A stretch of 64,000 bases of DNA from Desulfuromonadales bacterium (GCA_024636295.1 JAGXHI010000049.1:2573-66572); one strand, 5' to 3'. Counted from the stretch's first letter, positions 19,923 to 30,538 are shown. The notes: generated from the sequence alone by a model not told the origin. Made by a program: numbers and translations.

Positions 19923-21329
19923 CTATTTTCCATTTCCCCTCTTCTCTTCCATGTCAATCCGGTGAAGCTTGCGGGCAACACTGGCCTGGCTGATTCCAAT
20001 CGCCGCTGCAATTTTGCGTGTGGAGCCGTAACGACGGCGAGCCTGCAGAAGAATCTTTTCCTCGAATTCCGCCAGTTGCTCGGGCAAAGGACGGTCTTCC
20101 CGAATCTCCTCTCCCTCGACCAGGGAAAACAGCAACCTTTCGCCGGTCGATCCCGTGACGATCAGCCGTTCAATCGTATTCTCCAACTCACGAATGTTGC
20201 CCCGCCAGGGAAGCCGGCTCAAATGCTCGATCAACTCCCCGGAAAAGGTCTTGTAGGTATTGTGGCTCCTGTTGAACTTGTCCAGAAAATAGCTGACCAG
20301 GAGCGGAATATCCTCGCGCCGTTCGCGCAGAGGAGGAATCGAGATCGGGACCACGTTGAGCCGGTAGAAGAGATCGGCGCGGAAACGCCCCTCGGCCACC
20401 AGGCGGGTGAGGTCACGATTGGTGGCGGCGATCAGGCGCACATCCACGGTGCGCACACGGCGTCCGCCAATTTTAAAGAATTCTTTGTCCTGCAGAACAC
20501 CAAGAAGCTTTGACTGCAGATGCAGGGGCAGTTCCGAAATCTCATCGAGAAAAACCGTTCCACCATCGGCCATTTCAAAAAGTCCCGGCTTCCCCCTGCG
20601 GTCGGCCCCGGTGAAGGACCCCGCTTCGTAACCGAACAGTTCCGATTCGATCAACGACTCCGGAATGGAGGCGCAGTTGATCTGCATCAGAGGCCGGTCC
20701 TTTCGGGCGCTCGCCCGGTGGATCATTTTTCCCAGAAGACTTTTGCCGACACCGGTTTCGCCGGTGATGAGCAAGGTCGAATCGCTGTTCGCCACCTGCA
20801 AGGCCAGATCGATCACCTGCCCCATCTGATCGCTGCAGGCAATGATGTCCTCTTCCGCAAGCAGATGGTCACGGGCCATATCCGCATCGATTTCCTGCTG
20901 ATACTGCACAACGGTCAGATCCCAGATGGTGCTGATGATATAGCGGATCTCCCCGTCCGGATCGAAGATCGGTTTTCCCTTGACCAGCAGTTTGCGGCCC
21001 GTCTTGGTGGAATAGGTTGCCGTCACCGGCGCACGGCGCTCGATAACCACCAGGCTGGCCGCACCCGAGAAATAATTATCCGGTCCCACCAGATCATACA
21101 GACTGCGCCCGACAAGTTCTTCGGCGGGGATGCCGGACATCTCCTCGAAGGTCTTGTTCACCCCGAGCGTGACCCCCTGTCCGTCGGCAATGTAGATGCC
21201 GTTGTACATGTTGTCGAAGACGAGCTGCAGCAGATCCTTGTCCATACCCTCGACCCGGCCGGAGCGGCCCCTTGAAGCTCCCTCTGAATATTCTTCTTCT
21301 CGATTCAAGTGAATCAAGTGGCCGTCCAT
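19923..21329 (-). CDS. sigma-54-dependent transcriptional activator (PAS - AAA+ - HTH)
   Basis: It has a PAS-like N-domain, Walker A GETGVGKSLLGKMIH, the sigma-54 contact loop ESELFGYEAGSFTGA, and a C-terminal Fis-type HTH (STRKIAAAIGISQASVARKL). The start is uncertain: the ORF track uses a TTG at 21335, and there is an ATG at 21329. Confidence 0.9.
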   Translation of the reverse strand: MDGHLIHLNREEEYSEGASRGRSGRVEGMDKDLLQLVFDNMYNGIYIADGQGVTLGVNKTFEEMSGIPAEELVGRSLYDLVGPDNYFSGAASLVVIERRAPVTATYSTKTGRKLLVKGKPIFDPDGEIRYIISTIWDLTVVQYQQEIDADMARDHLLAEEDIIACSDQMGQVIDLALQVANSDSTLLITGETGVGKSLLGKMIHRASARKDRPLMQINCASIPESLIESELFGYEAGSFTGADRRGKPGLFEMADGGTVFLDEISELPLHLQSKLLGVLQDKEFFKIGGRRVRTVDVRLIAATNRDLTRLVAEGRFRADLFYRLNVVPISIPPLRERREDIPLLVSYFLDKFNRSHNTYKTFSGELIEHLSRLPWRGNIRELENTIERLIVTGSTGERLLFSLVEGEEIREDRPLPEQLAEFEEKILLQARRRYGSTRKIAAAIGISQASVARKLHRIDMEEKRGNGK

Positions 21330-22072
21330 CCGCAATCCATGGTCAGCATCGAGCCTGTAACGCAGGAAGCGTCCTCGGAGCAGAGAAAGAGGACAAACCG
21401 CCCGATTTCATCGGGTTCGATCAGCCGCTTGACAGCAGCATTCTTGAGCATGATCGTTTCGATAACCTCCTCGGAACTGAGATTGTTCACCCTGGCCTGA
21501 TCCGCAATCTGATTGTCCACCAGGGGGGTGCGGACATATGCCGGACAGATGGAGTTGACAGTGATCCCGAAGGGACCTCCTTCCAGTGCGGTGGTTTTGG
21601 TAAGTCCCGACATCCCGTGCTTGGCGGAAACATAGGCCACCTTGAAGGGCGAGGCGATCAGCCCGTGCACTGAATTGATGTGAATCACCCGGCCCCAGCG
21701 GCGCTCTTTCATGCCCGGCCAGCAATATCTGGTAAGCAGGAAGGGCGCTGTGAGCATCAGCGACATCATGAAATCCCATTTGTCTTCGGGAAAATCCTCC
21801 ACCGGAGCAACATGCTGGATGCCGGCGTTGTTCACCAGAATATCCACTCGTCCAAAGCGCTCCAGAGCGGCATCGGCAAGCGCCCGGCACCCTTCCCTCC
21901 GGGAGAGATCGGCTTCGACAAAAAACCCACCGATCTTTTCCGCCTCCCGGGTTCCCGCCTCTTCGTTGACATCCGCCATAACCACCAACGCGCCGGCGCC
22001 GGCAAGAACCTGGGAAACGGCCAGTCCGATACCGCTTGCGGCTCCGGTGACAATTGCCACTTTATCTTTCAT
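21314..22072 (-). CDS. bdhA: 3-hydroxybutyrate dehydrogenase (SDR family)
   Basis: MKDKVAIVTGAASGIGLA... with YVSAKHG catalytic Tyr-x3-Lys. The overall sequence is BDH-like. The ATG at 22072 has a GGAGGAG RBS just upstream. The ORF-track start 22129 is an extension. Confidence 0.85.
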   Translation of the reverse strand: MKDKVAIVTGAASGIGLAVSQVLAGAGALVVMADVNEEAGTREAEKIGGFFVEADLSRREGCRALADAALERFGRVDILVNNAGIQHVAPVEDFPEDKWDFMMSLMLTAPFLLTRYCWPGMKERRWGRVIHINSVHGLIASPFKVAYVSAKHGMSGLTKTTALEGGPFGITVNSICPAYVRTPLVDNQIADQARVNNLSSEEVIETIMLKNAAVKRLIEPDEIGRFVLFLCSEDASCVTGSMLTMDCGWTAT

Positions 22073-22175
22073 GACTCCTCCGTACGGAATACATAATCCG
22101 CATGAATTTGGGGGCTCCGGGCGACGCAAGCGCCGCCGGGAGTCCCATCCTCATGATCTGACGAGCGTTTTGCTT

Positions 22176-23531
22176 CTACAGGTTTCCGGCAACCTCAAAG
22201 GAACAGCCGGTCTTGGCCCGAATCTCATCGACGTTGCTTCCCGGTGCGACTTCGGTCAGGATCAGCCCCTTTTGATGATCGACTTCGAAAACGGCCAGAT
22301 CCGTCACGATCATGTGCACCACGTTTTTTCCCGTCAGAGGCAGAGTGCATTCCTCGAGGATCTTGGGCGAGCCGTCTTTGGCCGTGTGGTCCATCATGAT
22401 CACGATTTTTTTCACTCCGGAAACCAGATCCATGGCGCCGCCGGGTCCCTTGACCATTGCTCCGGGGATCATCCAGTTGGCCAGATCGCCGTATTTGGAG
22501 ACCTGCATCGCCCCCAGGACCGAGAGATCGATATGGCCGCCGCGCACCATCGCGAAGCTCTCCGCGTTATCGAAATAACTGGCGCCCGGCTGAGCAGTGA
22601 CCGTCTGTTTGCCCGCATTGATCAGGTCTGGATCCACTTCGCTTTCCGTGGGAAACGGTCCGATCCCGAGAAGGCCATTCTCGGCATGCAACGTGATGCT
22701 GACCTGCTCGGGGATGTAGTTGGCCACAAAAGTGGGCATGCCGATACCCAGGTTCGCGTACATGCCGTCCGTGAATTCCTGCGCCACCCGTTTTGCCATC
22801 CACTCCCGCTTGGGTGAGAAGCCCTTGACCGACGTCTCGCCCGCGATGGTCCGTTGTTCGATCGGCTTTTTGTACTCGCTTCCGAGAAGAATGCGGTCGA
22901 CATAAAGGCCGGGGGTATGTATTCCGTGGGGGTCGAGTTCACCGATTTCCACGATCTCTTCCACCTCGGCCACGGTCACACGGGCTGCTTTTGCACAGAG
23001 GGGATTGAAATTGCGAGCGGTTTTGCGGAAGATAAGGTTGCCCGCCTTATCGGCTTTCCATGCTTTCACCAATGCCAGGTCGGCAGTCAGGCCTTCCTCG
23101 AGCACGTATTCCTTATTGTTGAATTCGGCCGTCGGTTTTCCCTCCGCGAGACTCGTACCGTATGCGGTTCGGGTGTAAAATGCCGGTATTCCCGCGCCGC
23201 CCGCCCGCAGTTTCTCCGCCAGCGTTCCCTGGGGCGTGAGTTCAAGTTCCAGATCCCCCGAGAGAAACTGTTTTTCAAAGATGGCGTTTTCGCCCACATA
23301 GGAGGAGATCATCTTGCGGATCTGGCGGGTCTGCAGCAGCAGCCCGAGTCCGAAATCGTCCACTCCAGCGTTGTTGCTGATCACCGTCAGGTCCTTCGCT
23401 CCGCTGTCCCGCAGGGCGACGATCAGGTGCTCGGGGATACCGCATAATCCGAACCCCCCGGCGGCCACTGTCATTCCGTCGCGGACCAACCCCTCCAGAG
23501 CGGCCGCGGCATCGGTGTAAATTGCCTTCAT
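22176..23531 (-). CDS. 3-oxoacid/acetoacetate CoA-transferase, fused A and B subunits
   Basis: [34 protein letters not shown]... is the A-subunit part. It is followed in the same ORF by a B-subunit-like half (..[26 protein letters not shown]..). The ATG at 23531 has an AGGAGAG RBS. Confidence 0.9.
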   Translation of the reverse strand: MKAIYTDAAAALEGLVRDGMTVAAGGFGLCGIPEHLIVALRDSGAKDLTVISNNAGVDDFGLGLLLQTRQIRKMISSYVGENAIFEKQFLSGDLELELTPQGTLAEKLRAGGAGIPAFYTRTAYGTSLAEGKPTAEFNNKEYVLEEGLTADLALVKAWKADKAGNLIFRKTARNFNPLCAKAARVTVAEVEEIVEIGELDPHGIHTPGLYVDRILLGSEYKKPIEQRTIAGETSVKGFSPKREWMAKRVAQEFTDGMYANLGIGMPTFVANYIPEQVSITLHAENGLLGIGPFPTESEVDPDLINAGKQTVTAQPGASYFDNAESFAMVRGGHIDLSVLGAMQVSKYGDLANWMIPGAMVKGPGGAMDLVSGVKKIVIMMDHTAKDGSPKILEECTLPLTGKNVVHMIVTDLAVFEVDHQKGLILTEVAPGSNVDEIRAKTGCSFEVAGNL

Positions 23532-23632
23532 TTTCTCTCTCCTTTGAAAAGATCGTTGAACCTCTGGATTGACCACGAAGCCATGAAGCACGGACGACTC
23601 TTCCGGGGCGCCATAGCTTCGTGGTTGGACTA

Positions 23633-24949
23633 TCAGAGTACAACCAGACCCAGGCCGATCAGCACTCCGCTGACAATCAACATAACCGTGGTGTAGCCCA
23701 TGATGTCCTTTGCGCCCAATCCTGCAATGGCCAGCGCAGGCAGCGCCCAGAAGGGCTGAATCATATTGGTCCAGGCATCGCCCCAGGCGACGGCCATCGC
23801 AACCCTGGCCGTATCGACCCCCAATTCAATACCTGCCGGAACCATGATCGGCGCCTGCACCGCCCACTGGCCTCCACCGGACGGGACAAATATGTTGACC
23901 AGGCCCGCACTTAAAAAGGTGAACAACGGGAATGTGGTCTCAGTTGAGATCGATACGAACCACTGGGACATCAATGCCGCCAGGCCGGAGGTTATCATCA
24001 TGCCCATGATTCCTGCATAAAAAGGAAACTGGACCACGATTCCGGAAGAACCTTTAATCGCCTCGGTCAAGCTGTTGAGAAAACTTCTTGGCGTCCAGTG
24101 CAAGAGAATGCCCATGAACAGAAAAGTGAAAATGACGATATTCAGGTTAAGATTGAAACCTTTTGTGAAGAAATAATGGATAATATAGGTGAATCCCATG
24201 ATTGAGATCAGGATGGAGACCACCGGGCTGTTTTCCAACTTCTCTGCCGGTGTGGATGAGGCGACATCGTAGGTGTTTTCCGTTTCAACCAGAAGGTTCG
24301 GATCGATGGCGATGCTTTCATCGGCAGGCGGCATCATCATTCGACCTAAAATCGGCACGAGAATGAGTATGACAATGGCAATAATGAGGTTGAAAGGAGC
24401 GAAAATTGTCTGCGAAGTGGGTATTACACCAATCTGGGCGGCAAGAAAGTGACCTTCGGTCGCAATAACCAGAGGCACGGATCCGGCCAGTCCCGCATGC
24501 CAGACCACAAATCCCATGTATGCGGTCGCGATGAGCAGCGGAAAATGTACATTGGGCACTCTTCTGGCGACCTCTTTTGCCACCAGAGCACCTATGACCA
24601 ACCCGAAACCCCAGTTGATCCAGCTTGCAAGCGCGGAAACGATACCGACCAGCATAATGCCCTGGCCGGGAGTTTTGGCAACGGAGGCGATCGCCCCCAG
24701 CGCCTTCTTGAACAGAGGACTGTTTGCCAGGATAAAGCCGGTCACCAGAATCAATACCATCTGCATGGAAAAGGCCAGCAGATTCCAGAAGCCGCCGACC
24801 CAGTGTTGAACCATCTGCAAGGGACCGTTATCGGTCAGAGCAATACCCAGGATAAAGACGATGAAAGTAAGAATTACCGCAAACAGGAACGGGTCGGGCA
24901 GGTAGCGCTGCATCACTCGGACGAAAAACTTCGATACTGGCTGCAACAT
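23633..24949 (-). CDS. atoE: short-chain fatty acid transporter (AtoE family)
   Basis: 438 aa, collinear with E. coli AtoE as I recall it ([14 protein letters not shown]..., [13 protein letters not shown]..., VQFPFYAGI..., [21 protein letters not shown]). Confidence 0.85.
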   Translation of the reverse strand: MLQPVSKFFVRVMQRYLPDPFLFAVILTFIVFILGIALTDNGPLQMVQHWVGGFWNLLAFSMQMVLILVTGFILANSPLFKKALGAIASVAKTPGQGIMLVGIVSALASWINWGFGLVIGALVAKEVARRVPNVHFPLLIATAYMGFVVWHAGLAGSVPLVIATEGHFLAAQIGVIPTSQTIFAPFNLIIAIVILILVPILGRMMMPPADESIAIDPNLLVETENTYDVASSTPAEKLENSPVVSILISIMGFTYIIHYFFTKGFNLNLNIVIFTFLFMGILLHWTPRSFLNSLTEAIKGSSGIVVQFPFYAGIMGMMITSGLAALMSQWFVSISTETTFPLFTFLSAGLVNIFVPSGGGQWAVQAPIMVPAGIELGVDTARVAMAVAWGDAWTNMIQPFWALPALAIAGLGAKDIMGYTTVMLIVSGVLIGLGLVVL

Positions 24950-25066
24950 GACTTCCTCCTTTTGACTTTCTCTTTTTTCAATGCATGAATGAACTGAGAA
25001 TCAAATCCCCCTCCACAAAAGTGCTGGTCTTCCTCGCAATGAATCCGAATCCTGTTTTAAATGGCC

Positions 25067-26242
25067 CTACATGCTTTCGAAGATTGCCGCGACGGCTTCC
25101 CCGCCTCCGATACAGAGAGAGGCGAGTCCATAACGGACCTTCCGCTGCCTCATTTCGCGCACCAGGGTGGCGACAAGCCGGCCGCCGCTGGCGCCGATGG
25201 GGTGCCCGAGGGCGACCGCGCCGCCGTTGACGTTCACCTTCTCCAGAGGAATTCCGAGATGTTTCATGCACAGGAGCGGAACGCCCGAGAAAGCCTCGTT
25301 GATTTCGAACAGGCCAATATCTCCCGGGATCAACTTTGCTTTTTCGATACACTTTTGAATCGCCCCTACGGGCGCTTCGGCGAAGAGGTTCGGATCCTTG
25401 CTGTAGGAAGCGGCTGCGACCAGTCGCGCCCGGGGGGTCAGATTATACTTCTTCAGACCCGCTTCGCCGGCGACCAGCGCCAGGGCGGCGCCATCGTTGA
25501 TGCTGGAAGCGTTTCCGGCGGTTATCGAGCCTTCCTTCGCGAAAGCGGAGCGCAGACCGGGCAGTTTCTCCACATTTCCCCTTCCCGGCTCCTCATCCTC
25601 GGCCACCGTCACTTCGCCTTTGCGCGAGCGCTTCACCACGGGAACGAGTTCTTCCTGGAAGGTCCCGGCGCGCAGTGCTTCCAGCGCCAACCGGTAGGAC
25701 CTGGCGGCATATTCATCCTGCTGAGCGCGATCGATATCGTTAGAGGCGCTCCAGTCTTCTGTAATCTCCCCCATATGGCGGCCGGAATAAGGATCGAGCA
25801 GGCCATCGTGGATCATGAGATCGACCGCCTGCCCATTTCCCATACGAAACCCGTAACGGGCGGCGGGCAGCGCGTAGGGCGCCATGGACATATTTTCCAT
25901 GCCTCCCGCGATCGCCACATCCGTCTCACCAAGGCGAATGCCGTCGGCTGCGAGCATGATTGCCTTCAAGCCGCTGCCGCAAACCTTGTTGATGGTCATG
26001 GCGGGGATGCCGTCGGGAAGTCCGGCCAGACGCATGGCCTGCCGTGCCGGCGCCTGTCCATTGCCTCCCTGCAGCACCTGGCCGACAATGACTTCCCCGA
26101 TGCCTTCCCCCGGCAGGGCGTTGCGGCGAATCAACTCGGCGATTACCTGAGAAGCGAGGGTCGGGGCCGGAACGTCCGCAAGTGCTCCTCCGAAGGATCC
26201 AAAGGGGGTTCTCAGGGCATCAACGATAAAGACCTCGGTCAT
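25067..26242 (-). CDS. acetyl-CoA C-acetyltransferase (thiolase II)
   Basis: 391 aa with the thiolase signatures NKVCGSGLKAI (active-site Cys), NGGAVALGHPIGASG and CIGGGEAVA. Confidence 0.95.
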   Translation of the reverse strand: MTEVFIVDALRTPFGSFGGALADVPAPTLASQVIAELIRRNALPGEGIGEVIVGQVLQGGNGQAPARQAMRLAGLPDGIPAMTINKVCGSGLKAIMLAADGIRLGETDVAIAGGMENMSMAPYALPAARYGFRMGNGQAVDLMIHDGLLDPYSGRHMGEITEDWSASNDIDRAQQDEYAARSYRLALEALRAGTFQEELVPVVKRSRKGEVTVAEDEEPGRGNVEKLPGLRSAFAKEGSITAGNASSINDGAALALVAGEAGLKKYNLTPRARLVAAASYSKDPNLFAEAPVGAIQKCIEKAKLIPGDIGLFEINEAFSGVPLLCMKHLGIPLEKVNVNGGAVALGHPIGASGGRLVATLVREMRQRKVRYGLASLCIGGGEAVAAIFESM

Positions 26243-26289
26243 GGGAAAAACCTCCGCGTAAAGAAGTAAAATTACTTGTCTCTCAAAGG

Positions 26290-26305
26290 TGCAATCCTCA
26301 TTCCA
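26290..26305 (-). promoter_or_regulatory. candidate sigma-54 (-24/-12) promoter of the thiolase-atoE-CoA transferase-bdh-EBP operon
   Basis: The minus strand reads TGGAAT-GAGGA-TTGCA, against the consensus TGGCAC-N5-TTGCW. The GG and GC dinucleotides are spaced correctly. The -12 element lies 47 nt upstream of the thiolase ATG, and a sigma-54 activator is encoded in the same operon. Confidence 0.45.
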
Positions 26306-26626
26306 AAATAAAAAAATGTTTTAAGTCGGGGGTTTGGCGGGATTAATCTCTTCCGCTCCCCCCCAAATGATTCATTCCTGAATCGATCGGCTCTTTGGAA
26401 AAGAAAATTTGCTACTAATTGCTCAATTTATAGCATATTTTTTGCGAACCGCATCTGAATCAGAAGCGATTCCTTTTAGAATCATCTCCGTCAACCCCCC
26501 CGAAACCATTCGCCTCCAGGAGATTCAAAAGGTCAAAAACATCGTATTATAATTTGACAGCGAGCGTTTTTTGCCCCTAAAGTATTCTGAAGCAAAATGG
26601 TAAGACCAATTTTTTACGGAGTCGTC

Positions 26627-27187
26627 ATGCCTGAAGAAAATCGAATGAAAACTTTTCTGGAGGCAGCCGGACGTTCGGGGGCAAAGACGGTATTCTGCAG
26701 CAGTCCAGCGCAGGCGGTTTCCTACCTGCGGGATCACTCGGGCGGCTCCATTCTTCTTCCCTCGTTTTCCAGCTCCAGGCGACTGGGGCTTGCCGGACTC
26801 CTTCGCGATGCTGGATGCGAGGTGATCGACAGCGATTTCCGTCGACAGTCCGCAGCAGCGGCGGCAGGTCTCACCGGCGTCAATTTTGCCTTTGCCGAGA
26901 CGGGCACACTGGTTCTTGAGAGCACGGAGGAGCCGGTGCGGTTGGCCACGACCCTGCCCGAGCGCCATTTCGCCCTCCTTGATCCTCGCAAGATATTTCC
27001 GGATGCCCGCTCCGCCGCCCCCGTGCTGCGACAGCTCCAGTCCGGAACCCGTCATTTTGTCGCCTTCGTTACCGGTCCGAGCCGAACCGCCGATATCGAA
27101 AGGGTCCTCACGATCGGAGTGCACGGCCCCCGGGAGGTGCACATCCTGCTTCTCGAGGGACTTTCCGACGATCCGCTGGAAATGTAA
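26627..27187 (+). CDS. LUD-domain protein (LutC / LldG-like lactate utilization protein)
   Basis: C-terminal ...GVNFAFAETGTLVLES...RHFVAFVTGPSRTADIE... is typical of LutC/YkgG. The ATG at 26627 has a GGAG RBS 6 nt upstream. Confidence 0.8.
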   Translation: MPEENRMKTFLEAAGRSGAKTVFCSSPAQAVSYLRDHSGGSILLPSFSSSRRLGLAGLLRDAGCEVIDSDFRRQSAAAAAGLTGVNFAFAETGTLVLESTEEPVRLATTLPERHFALLDPRKIFPDARSAAPVLRQLQSGTRHFVAFVTGPSRTADIERVLTIGVHGPREVHILLLEGLSDDPLEM

Positions 27188-27219
27188 TCCGGGGAACAGA
27201 TACCCGAGCGGGAGGAACC

Positions 27220-29367
27220 GTGAAAAAAGTACGGATGCAGGAATACAAGCAGAGAATCGACAACGCCCTCTCCACCCCCCGTCTGCAGGAAGCCCTGCAC
27301 CGCTTTGGCGATGCCTGGGCGAAGGCCCGGGAAGATGCTTTCCTCGGACTCGATTTCGAAGCCCTTCGCGCGGAAATCGCCGGATGCAAGGATGAGGTCC
27401 GCCGTCACCGTGAGCGTTATTTGTCCGAGTTCATCCGCAACGCCGAGAACGCGGGCGCCCGCGTTGTCAGAGCTCGTAACGCTGAGGAGGCCTGCCGCTA
27501 TATCACGGAGCTGGCCCGGGAGCGGGGGGTGCGCACGGCCGTCAAAAGCAAAAGCATGGTCAGCGAGGAGATCCATCTCAACAAAGCGCTGGAGGAAGCC
27601 GGCGTGCGGCCGGTGGAGACGGATCTGGGGGAGTGGATCGTCCAGCTCGCCGGAGAGCGTCCCAGTCACATGGTCATGCCCGCCATCCACATGTTCAGGC
27701 AGGAGGTGGCCGAGCTCTTCGGCCAGGTGACCGGACAACCCGAGCCGCCGGACATCGCCCACCTGGTTCAGCTCGCGCGGAATCAGCTTCGCGGCGCCTT
27801 TATCGAGGCGGAGATGGGAATCAGCGGCGCCAATATCGCCGTCGCCGAGACCGGAGGTCTGGTCCTGTTAACCAACGAGGGAAACGCCCGTCTGGTGGCA
27901 ACCCTGCCCAAGATTCACGTAGCCCTGGTGGGCATCGAGAAGCTGGCGCCTTCCCTGGAGGACGCCTTGCGCATCATCCAGGTGCTTCCCAAAAGCGCTA
28001 CAGGACAACCGATCACCTCCTACGTCACCTGGATCGGCGGAGCCGTCCCCTGCGGCGAGGGCGACAAGGAACTGCATATCGTACTGCTCGACAATGGCCG
28101 CAGCGCCCTGGCGGAATCCCCCCGCTGCCGCGATGCCCTGCGCTGTATCCGCTGCGGAGCCTGCGCAAACGTCTGTCCCGTATACCAGACGGTGGGAGGG
28201 CATGTTTTCGGCCATGTTTACATCGGCGCCATCGGCATCGTTCTGACGGCTTTTTATCACGGCCTCGATGGGGCGGCCGAAATCGTCCGCGCCTGCATCG
28301 GCTGCCGATCCTGCGTCTCCGTCTGCCCGGCAGGCATCGATCTGGAGGACATTATCCTTCACCTGCGGGAGGTGATCGCAGGGGAGGAAGGGATCGGGGC
28401 CGGCAAGTCCGTCGTTTTCAAAAAGATCATGCGCAATCGCCGCCTTTTCCACGGCATGCTGCGCACCGCCGCCATCCTTCAGAAACCGGTCACCCGCGGC
28501 GAACGAACCATCCGACACCTCCCTCTCTTTTTTTCCGGGCTCACGGAATGGCGGACCCTGCCGGCCATTGCGGACACTCCCCTGCGGGATTCCTGGACTA
28601 AGCTGCCGCAGAAGGTGGAAAACCCCAAGGCAAGGGTCGCCTTTTTCGCCGGCTGTCTCAATGACTTCGTTTACCCGGAACTGGGGGAGGACCTCGTGAC
28701 GGTTCTCAACCGTCTGGGGGCGGAGGTTATATTTCCAGAGGAGCAGAGCTGCTGCGGGGTCCCGGCCTCCTATTCGGGAGACCGGGAGACGGCCTCGGAA
28801 ATGGCCGAACAGAATGTTCGCGCCCTTCTCTCGGAAAAGCCGGATTACGTGGTCACCACCTGCCCCACCTGTACCATGGCACTGCAGCGCGATTTTGTCG
28901 AACATCTGAAAGATAATCCGGTGTGGGCCGAAAAGGCCAGACGTCTCTCCGAAATCACCTTTGACGTTTCACGCCTGATCACGGATAAACTCGGTGGCGC
29001 AGAGGTCTTTCAAGGCTCCGGCGGGGACCTGACCACCTACCATGACAGCTGCCACCTGAAACGCGGCGCCGGCGTCTGGCGGGAGCCGAGACGGCTTCTC
29101 GCCGCAAGCGGGCGCGAGCTGACCGAGATGGCCCACGCTGACCGCTGCTGCGGATTCGGGGGATCCTACAGTTTCGCCAGCCATCCCGCGGTCGCTCGCC
29201 GCATTCTCGAGGACAAGCTGACGGATATCGAGGCGAGCGATGCGAAGTGCGTGGCCATGGATTGCCCCGGTTGCCTGCTGCAGATCCGCGGCGGACTGGA
29301 GAAAAAAGAAAGTCCGATCCGCGCCGCCCACACTATTGAGCTGCTGGCGGACACCTTTCGCCGCTGA
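27220..29367 (+). CDS. LutB-LutA fusion: LUD domain + 2x[4Fe-4S] + two CCG domains (LldH-like lactate dehydrogenase Fe-S subunit)
   Basis: 715 aa with a GTG start. It has an N-terminal LutB-like LUD domain, CIRCGACANVCP and CIGCRSCVSVCP clusters, and a C-terminal LutA-like region (FFAGCLND..., YHDSCHLKRG..). Confidence 0.85.
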   Translation: MKKVRMQEYKQRIDNALSTPRLQEALHRFGDAWAKAREDAFLGLDFEALRAEIAGCKDEVRRHRERYLSEFIRNAENAGARVVRARNAEEACRYITELARERGVRTAVKSKSMVSEEIHLNKALEEAGVRPVETDLGEWIVQLAGERPSHMVMPAIHMFRQEVAELFGQVTGQPEPPDIAHLVQLARNQLRGAFIEAEMGISGANIAVAETGGLVLLTNEGNARLVATLPKIHVALVGIEKLAPSLEDALRIIQVLPKSATGQPITSYVTWIGGAVPCGEGDKELHIVLLDNGRSALAESPRCRDALRCIRCGACANVCPVYQTVGGHVFGHVYIGAIGIVLTAFYHGLDGAAEIVRACIGCRSCVSVCPAGIDLEDIILHLREVIAGEEGIGAGKSVVFKKIMRNRRLFHGMLRTAAILQKPVTRGERTIRHLPLFFSGLTEWRTLPAIADTPLRDSWTKLPQKVENPKARVAFFAGCLNDFVYPELGEDLVTVLNRLGAEVIFPEEQSCCGVPASYSGDRETASEMAEQNVRALLSEKPDYVVTTCPTCTMALQRDFVEHLKDNPVWAEKARRLSEITFDVSRLITDKLGGAEVFQGSGGDLTTYHDSCHLKRGAGVWREPRRLLAASGRELTEMAHADRCCGFGGSYSFASHPAVARRILEDKLTDIEASDAKCVAMDCPGCLLQIRGGLEKKESPIRAAHTIELLADTFRR

Positions 29368-29431
29368 TTTTCCGATGTGACCTTTACCCTGTCACCCCCC
29401 CCCCGGCCGGAACCTCGACCTCCACAAAACT

Positions 29432-30538
29432 TCACTCAGAACCTCCCCTCTCCACTTGATCTTCACCGTTGTCGTGATCGCCCAGGATCTTGACCGGTTC
29501 GCCAAGGACATCCTGGATATAAAGCATCTGAACGAGAACAGTGAAGAGAACGATCAGTGGGGTGGCCAGAAGGACGCCGTAGAATCCTACGAGCATCGCC
29601 ATGAGAAATTGCCCGGCGACGACGAAGGCGGGGGGCACCATCACCGCCCGGCGCTCGATCAGGGGAGTAATCAGATTGCTTTCGATGAATTGCACAATAG
29701 CAAAGACAATTAAAACCGCCAGCGCCATCTTCGGGCTTTCGGTCAAACCGACAAGGATGGCAGGAATCGCGGAGAGAAGGGGACCGAGGAAAGGGATGAA
29801 GGAGAGGATCCCGGCGATGACCCCGAGGATGAGTGCCAGCGGCGCGCCGATGAGCAGCAGTCCAATCGCCGTCAGGCTGCCGATAACAGTCATCGACGCA
29901 AGGCGACCCAACAGCCAGTAGCGCATCACCTGCCCCAGCTCTCCAAGAATCTCTCTCCCCCGGGGACGCTTGCCTGCCGGTAAAAGGTGCAAGGCTGCGT
30001 TGCTGTAAACGGCCGGATTTACGGCCACGTAGATCCCGGTAAAGATGATAATCACCAGATGGGACAATGCCTCGAGGGTAGAGGAAAAAACCGAGGTGAT
30101 ATTGCCGAGAATCCCTCCTTTTCCGCCCCCTTCTTGCGAAACCCAGGACAACAGCCGGGGGAGCCATTCGTTTTCCCCGATATAGGAGCGGACCTTTTCC
30201 GACGCCGTAGTCAACCGCTCCGACAATCCGGTGGCCTGATCGGCAACCTGCGCCCCGCCGATCCACATCAGCCCGGCAAAGCCCAGGAAGATCAGGAGAA
30301 TAATCGCGACGAGGGCGAGGGCGCGCGGAATCGAGACCCACTTGCGCACCAGGGCGGAAAAGCCATCCAGAAAGACAGCCAGGAGAACGCCGGCAAAGAT
30401 CGCCAGCAGAACCCGGGCGACCGGACGCAGCAGATAAGGGACCACGAGGAACAGAATAACAATCGTGACCGGCAAAGCAAACTGCCGGACCCATGACGGT
30501 AAAGGCTCCTGACGCACGGTTGCCTCCGATGGTTTCAT
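29432..30538 (-). CDS. AI-2E family transporter (PerM/YhhT-like, UPF0118)
   Basis: 368-aa polytopic membrane protein whose pattern fits the AI-2E family (..LLPAGKRPRGREIL..., ..FIPFLGPLLSAIPAILV..). Confidence 0.8.
   Translation of the reverse strand: MKPSEATVRQEPLPSWVRQFALPVTIVILFLVVPYLLRPVARVLLAIFAGVLLAVFLDGFSALVRKWVSIPRALALVAIILLIFLGFAGLMWIGGAQVADQATGLSERLTTASEKVRSYIGENEWLPRLLSWVSQEGGGKGGILGNITSVFSSTLEALSHLVIIIFTGIYVAVNPAVYSNAALHLLPAGKRPRGREILGELGQVMRYWLLGRLASMTVIGSLTAIGLLLIGAPLALILGVIAGILSFIPFLGPLLSAIPAILVGLTESPKMALAVLIVFAIVQFIESNLITPLIERRAVMVPPAFVVAGQFLMAMLVGFYGVLLATPLIVLFTVLVQMLYIQDVLGEPVKILGDHDNGEDQVERGGSE

Noticed and set aside
25061-26269. Long antisense ORFs opposite real genes. 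Examples: 25061-26269 (+), 1021-2064 (+), 18386-19504 (+), 41262-42533 (+), 43826-45130 (-), 45311-46567 (-), 61896-63248 (-), 10172-10774 (+) and 29463-30557 (-).
   Set aside because: They are Arg/Gly/Pro/Ala-rich shadow frames typical of high-GC DNA. Each one fully overlaps a gene with clear family signatures on the other strand or in another frame.
29395-29404. A C10 homopolymer tract, considered as a possible phase-variation switch.
   Set aside because: It lies in the 64-nt gap between two convergent stop codons. It is not in a coding region or promoter, so slippage would have no obvious consequence.
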